From: Candidatus Bathyarchaeia archaeon
GTDB lineage: Archaea > Thermoproteota > Bathyarchaeia > Bathyarchaeales > Bathycorpusculaceae
NCBI GenBank assembly: GCA_049512935.1
Contig: JBEKWR010000009.1
Location: forward strand, 28,036-92,035
DNA: 64,000 nt
Reading direction: 5' to 3'
The notes beneath the pieces are model-generated. The model was not told the DNA's origin and did not search any database. It saw nothing but the letters and a program-made list of their open reading frames with translations. The position numbers and the translations under genes were made by a program. The first letter of the stretch is position 1. The number at the start of each line of letters is the position of its first letter. Shown here in pieces: positions 57,290-64,000 of the stretch.

Positions 57290-57835
57290 CTAGAACGGAA
57301 ACCCGAATCCCCTGCGCCTCTGGGATTGCTGATTTGCGGGTTCTTCGCGTGGGAACCTTGAAAGGTGCTCATGAACTATTTTCCAAGTTGAATCTTGCTT
57401 TTTCAGGACGGCGGTGACCCGTGAGGTTACGTCGAACTGTTGGTTTCTCATGCTTGCTCGGTAATGAACCGTGAAGGTTGCTATGGCTGAGCCGTTTAGA
57501 ATTGTGGTTTTCAGGTCTTTCAGCTCGTACGTGTAGTTTGACATTACCTTGAAGGCTGAGAACTCGTTTTTCAAGGCATCTGTGCGCTCCTGCCTCTGAT
57601 AAGGAGCCCAATCGTCAAACTTGTCGTAGCCGTCATCCATGAGCGCCGATACAGCAGCTTCATCCTTATTCTTTATCGCATCAAACCGCTTAACAATGAT
57701 GCTCCTGACGCCCTCGTCGACATTTACGGCACCTTGACCAGCGCTTGCCCCAACAAGCTTGGTTCCACAATTGTTGCAGAACATGTTGCTGTCAAGATTT
57801 TCGTTTCCACAATTTGGGCATTTCATCAATATCAC
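57290..57835 (-). CDS. Zinc-ribbon + SnoaL/NTF2-like protein
   Basis: CPNCG..FCNNCG; RVTAVL..WKIVHEHLS. Confidence 0.85.
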   Translation of the reverse strand: MILMKCPNCGNENLDSNMFCNNCGTKLVGASAGQGAVNVDEGVRSIIVKRFDAIKNKDEAAVSALMDDGYDKFDDWAPYQRQERTDALKNEFSAFKVMSNYTYELKDLKTTILNGSAIATFTVHYRASMRNQQFDVTSRVTAVLKKQDSTWKIVHEHLSRFPREEPANQQSQRRRGFGFPF

Positions 57836-57921
57836 TTCTTTTGATGTTGAGAGCTTTTGTGCTGTCTATTAAATTAAGAGCCTTAAGCCCCTTTTCTTTT
57901 TAAGACTTCCAAAAGGTTGGC

Positions 57922-58887
57922 TTATGCTTTAGGGTTCTGGCTTAACTGCTGCAGTGCTCGAAGACGCTTAGTCATGTTGGGGTGAGTCGACAGCGCTTCA
58001 GCCACCTTGTCCTTGGACGTTAATTTTCTGCCGAGGATTTCTTGAACCATAAATGTGGCATCGATGTTTTTCGCTGCTTGGTCTGAAGTGCCTGGGTCGG
58101 AGATGAAGAGGCATTTGAAAGCACTCACACCTTGCGGCTGCCCCTGCCTTTGTTTGCTGGGTTTCCGCGTAGCGCTGACGATTTTCGCGAGTGCCGTTGA
58201 CAGCTTCCATGCACCGTTATCTACCACTTGGACGCTGTTTCTATCTGCGAAGTACTCGCGTACCCTGCTGAGCCATAACGTGAAGAAGGTAAGCAGATAC
58301 CTGAATCCCATCAAGCCGATGCCAATAATTGCCCCGTTGCCGCCGCCGCTTTTCTTGCTTCCCCCTGAAAGCATTCCTGACCACAAAAATGAATACCCTA
58401 GGTACATGAAAACAGAGGGCAAGACGGAAACAGCCATCATAACTTGCACGTCGTGGTGCCTAAGGTGCCCCAGTTCGTGGCCTAGAACCGCTTCAACCTC
58501 GTCTGTGTTCAACGTCGTTAGCAATCCCGGCGTTACTGCGACCCGGCTGCCTGAAATGGGTGAACCATAGGCGAAAGCGTTTGGAATAGGAATTTGAGCC
58601 AGCATGAGCTCTGGCGTTTTGATTTGGCATTTTTTGCTCAGGTTATCTACGATTTGGTGCAGCTGCGGATTCTCTGCTTGTGAAATTTTCCGAATCTTGT
58701 AAACTGCGCCTAGTAAGTATGGTGCGAAGAGCCATTCAGCGACGTTTATGGCCACTACGATTATGCCTACGGCGATGATGTTGAAAACACCGAAATACAA
58801 CATGATGCCAGTTAAGACTAGCGTAGACAACCCTATGATGATGGTAAGGGTTGCAAGCATTGAAAGTCTAAGTTCAAGTAAACCCAT
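57922..58887 (-). CDS. htpX: M48 zinc metalloprotease HtpX
   Basis: PNAFA, HELGH, SRVREYFAD, STHP. Confidence 0.9.
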   Translation of the reverse strand: MGLLELRLSMLATLTIIIGLSTLVLTGIMLYFGVFNIIAVGIIVVAINVAEWLFAPYLLGAVYKIRKISQAENPQLHQIVDNLSKKCQIKTPELMLAQIPIPNAFAYGSPISGSRVAVTPGLLTTLNTDEVEAVLGHELGHLRHHDVQVMMAVSVLPSVFMYLGYSFLWSGMLSGGSKKSGGGNGAIIGIGLMGFRYLLTFFTLWLSRVREYFADRNSVQVVDNGAWKLSTALAKIVSATRKPSKQRQGQPQGVSAFKCLFISDPGTSDQAAKNIDATFMVQEILGRKLTSKDKVAEALSTHPNMTKRLRALQQLSQNPKA

Positions 58888-59063
58888 GATGAGTCAACTT
58901 ATTGGCATGCGTGACAGACGCTTATATTCTTTACTTTATATAAGAGCGGATTTACCGAGGCATGTAGTTGGGCAGCAAAACAGCCTGTTTGATTGCGACA
59001 CACCGCTGAGCGGCTACAGGAGTGCCAAAGGGGATAAGATGTTTTTCTTCTTTCTCAGCGCCT

Positions 59064-59258
59064 TCAACTCGTGTTCTTGTCGTAGAGCGTGATTGCAACT
59101 AAGCCGACGCCTATCACCAGGAAAATCCCGCCGAAAACTATCAGGACGGCAACGTACTGATGCGAATTGACCGCGTAAGCAGCTATGCCGCCAGCCAAGA
59201 AGACGAGACCTAAAACGGCTAGCACCTCGCCCAGCCGTCTCCAACCTGAAACTTCCAT
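59064..59258 (-). CDS. Small 2-TM membrane protein
   Basis: GTGA upstream of the ATG; two TM helices. Confidence 0.65.
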   Translation of the reverse strand: MEVSGWRRLGEVLAVLGLVFLAGGIAAYAVNSHQYVAVLIVFGGIFLVIGVGLVAITLYDKNTS

Positions 59259-59302
59259 GTTACATCACGCTAAACACTATGCGTCATGTCGGAATTTAAG
59301 AG

Positions 59303-60454
59303 TTATCCGCCACCCGTGACTGTTCCATTCCAGAAAATCAACTTGCCATAGTCGCATGAGTAGTTAGGGAAGGCTGGGTCATCGTAGATTATGTCAAGTT
59401 TGCTTCCGCACTGTTGGAGGGCACTGCTCAGGTTGCCGCATAACTGCAGTGTAAAGTTGTCCGCTTGCCATAAACCCCAAATCTTATCCGTCGGACCCCT
59501 AAAACCGTAGCCGTAATCGGCGGGAAGCACAAAAGCCGTCCTGTTTTGAGGCGAGTTGCTTGGCTGCGGATTAGCCTGCATGTACGCCCAGAACTGCTGC
59601 ATCGCATTAAGGTGCTGCTGGTCAAGAATGCTTCCGGTCCAAGTCGGGTTGCTGTCAAAGACCAGTATGTACTTCGCTCCGCTGTCGTAAGCCAGCATCA
59701 TGTCGCCATAAAGGTCAGGTGCCGATTCGATGTACGGTGGCGCGGTGTAGGTGTAGTCGATCATGACGCCCCAGCTTCTGTTTTGAACCTCAGCGGCGCC
59801 CCTGACGAGGTCGATGTTTAACTGTTTGCTGTAGTTCCAGCCTAACTCCGCGAACAATGTGTCGTACCCCGCCTTGTAATCGAACCAGTAAAGAACGTAG
59901 TCTGAAGTAAACAGGGCAGGGCTGGTTCCATCACCGAAGTTTCCCGCCACGTTTCCAAGCGCTGAAGTCATAACGGCATTGTATGTGGCGGCTGCGTCGG
60001 TGTAGTTGGATGCGTACTTAAACGTCATCTCTCCTTTAGTCTGGTCAAGTTGTCTTCCGCCCGGCTCATCGAAGGCGTACAAACCGAGGAAGTGGTTGCC
60101 CCAGCTGCTCAGGGCGTTTTGAAGCCACTGGCGTGACGGCGGGCCTTCGGTGTAGAGAATAAAGTACAATCCCTTGTCGTACATGAACTGGCAGACGCTG
60201 TTAAGTTGGCTGCTGTACGTTATGCCTGTGCTGCCTAACACGACCAAGTTTATGTAATGGCTCATCTGGTTGATTTGGCTCTCGACAGCCGCCAAGTTTC
60301 CATAAGCCAAGTCGACGCCGACGTAAACCGAAGGCGGCGCCGCGTTCGCGTTCTCGTTTGTGGAAAACGTGTTTTGCACTAGGAGCGCACTGGCGATTAT
60401 GGAAACAACGATGACGACTACGAGGAAGAGCACGACGCGCTTGTTCATTGCCAT
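59303..60454 (-). CDS. Membrane-anchored extracellular protein, possible TIM-barrel glycoside hydrolase
   Basis: N-terminal TM helix; FDEPGG, TSDY, AELGWN acidic motifs. Confidence 0.75.
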   Translation of the reverse strand: MAMNKRVVLFLVVVIVVSIIASALLVQNTFSTNENANAAPPSVYVGVDLAYGNLAAVESQINQMSHYINLVVLGSTGITYSSQLNSVCQFMYDKGLYFILYTEGPPSRQWLQNALSSWGNHFLGLYAFDEPGGRQLDQTKGEMTFKYASNYTDAAATYNAVMTSALGNVAGNFGDGTSPALFTSDYVLYWFDYKAGYDTLFAELGWNYSKQLNIDLVRGAAEVQNRSWGVMIDYTYTAPPYIESAPDLYGDMMLAYDSGAKYILVFDSNPTWTGSILDQQHLNAMQQFWAYMQANPQPSNSPQNRTAFVLPADYGYGFRGPTDKIWGLWQADNFTLQLCGNLSSALQQCGSKLDIIYDDPAFPNYSCDYGKLIFWNGTVTGGG

Positions 60455-60608
60455 CAAAACGGTTTGTGCCGCGTGCAGATAAGAGTTTTCCCAAAAACAC
60501 AACTTCAAAGGCAAACGGCGCCGCGTGCAAGGTTGAGAGGGCACCTGTCGCCTTTGCACAAATCTAATAAACGTAGTTCGCCAACCTAACAATTGGAAGT
60601 GACATTTT

Positions 60609-60998
60609 CTGTCTGAGCAAGCAAGAATCGACCTTCTCCAGCAGCTGGTTAAAGACGCAAAAAACCAGATAAGAAACGGGTTCATCTTGGGCGCAGTCGG
60701 GCTGGTACTTGCCGCCGTGGGCTTCGCCTCCTACGCTGAAGACCTGTTAGGTTTCGGTTCTGGCTGGTTGGCGCTGGGAACGGCTGGCGCAGCAATGCTT
60801 GCTGTGGCTTTCTACTTGATGATTCGCGCTGACACTCAAGCGGGAAAGTGGAAAAAACAGCTCGAAAACGCCTTGCCAGCCGCCGCCCCCGCAGCCGTCA
60901 AAACCGCAGAGGCTGAAGCCGCAGCAGACAACGGCGACGTTTTCTTTGATGAAAACTATGAAAAATGGAAAAACCCCTTTGAAGAAGGCAAAGAATAA
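60609..60998 (+). CDS. 2-TM membrane protein (probable CTG start at 60609)
   Basis: GGAAGTGA RBS then CTG, in frame with ORF 60687-60998; in-frame TGA three codons upstream. Confidence 0.65.
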   Translation: MSEQARIDLLQQLVKDAKNQIRNGFILGAVGLVLAAVGFASYAEDLLGFGSGWLALGTAGAAMLAVAFYLMIRADTQAGKWKKQLENALPAAAPAAVKTAEAEAAADNGDVFFDENYEKWKNPFEEGKE

Positions 60999-61134
60999 AC
61001 GTTAGCGCCTTTCACATCCCTCGCCTGCACGCGACTCAGAAAAAAAGCAAACTGTAAATTCACAAAAATCAAATAATACGGCGCAGTAGTTTAATTTGAT
61101 GCACCGTCACATAAAGGCAGAGGCTAAATCAAGA

Positions 61135-63945
61135 ATGGTCACGAGAAACCTAGACAAGATCTTCAACCCGCGTAGCGTAGCCATCATAGGAGCAAGCGAC
61201 GTTGAAGGCTCCGTAGGCTGCCTGATAGTGCAGAATTTTGTGCGGCTCGGGTACGCTGGCAAATCCTACTTCGTGAACATTCGCAAGCCGGAGATTTTCG
61301 GTGTAAAAACCTACAAGTCCGTGGAGCAAATTTCTGAGCCTGTTGATTTAGCCATAATTGCCACGCCCGCCAAAACCGTGCAGGAAGTAATGGAAGAGTG
61401 CGGAAGGGCACATGTGAAAGGAGCCATCATCGTTTCCTCAGGCTTCAAGGAGACGGGTCCCGAAGGGAAAGCCGTGGAAAAGGCAATATTGGAAATAGCC
61501 AAGAAATACGACATTCGAGTTATCGGTCCCAACTGCATCGGCGTCATTCGACCGAGGAACAACTTGAACGCCACTTTCCTGGACAAGATGCCTAAGCCGG
61601 GCAACATCACCTTTCTGTCTCAGAGCGGCGCGTTGGGCTCAGCGATTCTTGACTGGGCAATTCATGAGAACATCGGATTAAGCAACTTTGTTTCCGTCGG
61701 CTCTATGCTCGACGTTGACTTCGGCGACTTGATCGATTACTTCGGCTCTGACCCTAAAACCAAGAGCATAATCATGTACGTGGAAGGCATAACCGACGCC
61801 AGGAAATTCATGAGCGCGGCAAGACACTTCTCAAGAACAAAACCCATAATCGTGGTTAAGGCGGGCAAATTCCCCGAGAGCGCAAGGGCAGCCGCGTCCC
61901 ACACCGGCTCGGTTTCAGGCGATGACGACATCTACGACGCCGCCTTTAAACGCGCAGGCATAGTGCGAGTCGACGACATAAACGACCTTTTCAACGCAGC
62001 TCAGGTTTTGGGGACACAACCCTTGCCGAAAGGGTCAAGACTTGCCATCATAACCAACGCTGGCGGTGCTGGAGTGATGGCTACTGACGCCTTGATTGCT
62101 CAGGGCGGGAAACTGGCTCAGCTAAGCGACAAAACGATGGATCTGCTTGACAACGTTCTGCCTCACTTCTGGAGCAAGGGCAACCCCATCGACGTTGTCG
62201 GCGACGCCAAAGCCGACTACTACAAGGCTGCGGTTGAAGCGTGCCTTGACGATGAAACAGTCGATGGGATACTGATCATTTTCACTCAGCAAGCGGGCTC
62301 TGAACCTGTTGAAATAGCGAAAAGCATAGTTGACCTTGTCAACAGCAGAACCTACAAGAACAAAACCATCTTGACTTCATTCATGGGTTTTGAGGGGGTG
62401 CTGCACGCAAACAAAATCCTCAACGCCAACAACATCCCGACCTACTCCACCCCTGAACAAGCAACCAAAACGTACATGTACATGTACAATTACCAGCGCA
62501 ACCTCGAACTCCTCTATGAAACTCCTGAAGAATTGCCTGTTGACGCTTCACCGCCGAAACGTCCCATCATGGCTATAATCAGAAACGCAGCTTTCGAAAA
62601 CCGTGACGTACTCACCGATGAGGAAGCAAAAAACATACTCAAGTACTACAATTTCCCGATCCTGAAAAGCACCGTTGCAACCAGCGCCGACGAGGCAGTC
62701 GCAGCAGCGCAGAAAATGGGGTTCCCCGTGGTTTTAAAGATTCTTTCGCCTCAGATTACCAACAAGAGATCCGCAGGCGGCGTCGTGTTGGACCTAAATT
62801 CGCCGGGCGAGGTACGCGAAGCCTACCAACTTTTAATCCAAAGGGCAATGTCGTACAATCCGAAAGCGGAAGTAACCGGCGTTGAAGTTCAACACATGGT
62901 AGAACAAAAAGGGTACGAAATAATAATCGGCGGAAAAAAAGACCCCGTCTTTGGACCAGTAATTCTGTTCGGCACAGGCGGACCAAGCTTGGACCTGTTC
63001 AACGACTACTCAATAGGGCTTCCACCACTAAACATCACGCTTGTACACCGCATGATGGAGGAAACCAAGGTTTACCAGCTGCTCAAAGGGCGCTATAACT
63101 CGCCTCCAGTCGACATAAAAAAAGTCGAGGAAATCCTCCTGCTCTTTTCCAGATTGCTTGTTGATTTTCCACAGATAAAAGAAATCAGCATTAACCCGCT
63201 GCTTGTCAGCGAAAAAGAAGCCTGCATAATCGACGCGCGCATAGCCATCAGCAAGGAAGACGTCTGCAAGAAGTTTGAGCCGCATGAGCACATGGTGATA
63301 AGCCCGTACCCGAAAAAGTACGAGATGATGTGGTCTCTTAAAAACGGGCAAGAAGTCCTGCTGCGACCCATAAAACCCGAAGATGAACCGCTGTGGCTGG
63401 ACATGTTCCAGGGCTTTTCCGAGGAATCCATACGGTACCGATTCTTTGAGATACTCAGGGACACGCCTCATGAAGTTCGAGTGCGCTACTGCAACATAGA
63501 TTACGACAGGGAAATAGCTATGGTCGCTGAAATAATGAAGAGCACGCCGCGAAAAATACGCGGAGTCGCCAGAGTCAGCATAGAAGCCGACGGGAAAAGC
63601 GGCGAAATTGCCTTCATTGTAAGCGACCACTGGCAAGGCTTAGGTTTAGGCACCAAAATGGTGGATTACGTGCTGGACATAGCCAAAGAAAAAGGCCTTG
63701 AAGACGTTTACGCAATAGTTTTGCCTGACAACACCCGCGCGTTGAGCCTACTGAAGAAAATGGGTTTTAACTTTCAATACTTAGCCGATGGAACAGTCAG
63801 ATGCACCTTAAACCTCAAAAACGAGGATTCGGACAATCAATGCCAAGAGCAACCAAAAACAACAGAAAAAACTGAAATGGAAACGCCCACTAACGCTTCG
63901 GAAAAAGCAGACCATGAGAAGCTAAAAGAAATCTCCGCAGCTTAG
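61135..63945 (+). CDS. Acyl-CoA synthetase (NDP-forming)-GNAT fusion, Pat-type protein acetyltransferase
   Basis: IGPNC, SQSGA, SHTGS, NAGG, NPIDV, ATP-grasp domain, C-terminal WQGLGLG GNAT. Confidence 0.9.
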   Translation: MVTRNLDKIFNPRSVAIIGASDVEGSVGCLIVQNFVRLGYAGKSYFVNIRKPEIFGVKTYKSVEQISEPVDLAIIATPAKTVQEVMEECGRAHVKGAIIVSSGFKETGPEGKAVEKAILEIAKKYDIRVIGPNCIGVIRPRNNLNATFLDKMPKPGNITFLSQSGALGSAILDWAIHENIGLSNFVSVGSMLDVDFGDLIDYFGSDPKTKSIIMYVEGITDARKFMSAARHFSRTKPIIVVKAGKFPESARAAASHTGSVSGDDDIYDAAFKRAGIVRVDDINDLFNAAQVLGTQPLPKGSRLAIITNAGGAGVMATDALIAQGGKLAQLSDKTMDLLDNVLPHFWSKGNPIDVVGDAKADYYKAAVEACLDDETVDGILIIFTQQAGSEPVEIAKSIVDLVNSRTYKNKTILTSFMGFEGVLHANKILNANNIPTYSTPEQATKTYMYMYNYQRNLELLYETPEELPVDASPPKRPIMAIIRNAAFENRDVLTDEEAKNILKYYNFPILKSTVATSADEAVAAAQKMGFPVVLKILSPQITNKRSAGGVVLDLNSPGEVREAYQLLIQRAMSYNPKAEVTGVEVQHMVEQKGYEIIIGGKKDPVFGPVILFGTGGPSLDLFNDYSIGLPPLNITLVHRMMEETKVYQLLKGRYNSPPVDIKKVEEILLLFSRLLVDFPQIKEISINPLLVSEKEACIIDARIAISKEDVCKKFEPHEHMVISPYPKKYEMMWSLKNGQEVLLRPIKPEDEPLWLDMFQGFSEESIRYRFFEILRDTPHEVRVRYCNIDYDREIAMVAEIMKSTPRKIRGVARVSIEADGKSGEIAFIVSDHWQGLGLGTKMVDYVLDIAKEKGLEDVYAIVLPDNTRALSLLKKMGFNFQYLADGTVRCTLNLKNEDSDNQCQEQPKTTEKTEMETPTNASEKADHEKLKEISAA

Positions 63946-64000
63946 CCGAGTCTAAAATTCAAAGCTTCAAAAAAAAGGAAAAAATTATTTAGCAAGCTGC

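Overview
Archaeal chromosomal window. The gene content (rps13-rps4-rps11-rpoD-rpl18e-rpl13-rps9-rpoN, tungsten AOR, split glutamate synthase, Dph6, Pcc1, intron-containing tRNA) fits Thermoproteota, most likely Bathyarchaeia (inference). From left to right: two AT-rich defence-like genes at the 3' end of tRNA-Ala; central metabolism (PanE, AOR, GltB operon, SerA, GlyA, Lon-like protease); a 27-40 kb ion/pH-homeostasis block (MscS, ClC, two P-type H+-ATPases, a K+-channel-like protein, a YHS-fused glucan phosphorylase) containing duplicated and decayed gene fragments; the ribosomal/RNAP operon; and membrane/secreted accessory genes. The most striking unexplained feature is a stand-alone ~230-nt non-coding unit at 53.3-53.56 kb. 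It has its own TATA box and is closed by a long stem carrying a canonical bulge-helix-bulge, so the tRNA splicing endonuclease would be predicted to release a 201-nt, probably circular, RNA with duplicated internal modules. Other candidates: two more structured intergenic RNAs, a ~200-bp dispersed repeat, three likely CTG-initiated genes (including rps11), a Dph6+glutaminase gene pair and several unannotated small ORFs. All calls come from reading the sequence; no database search or folding program was run.
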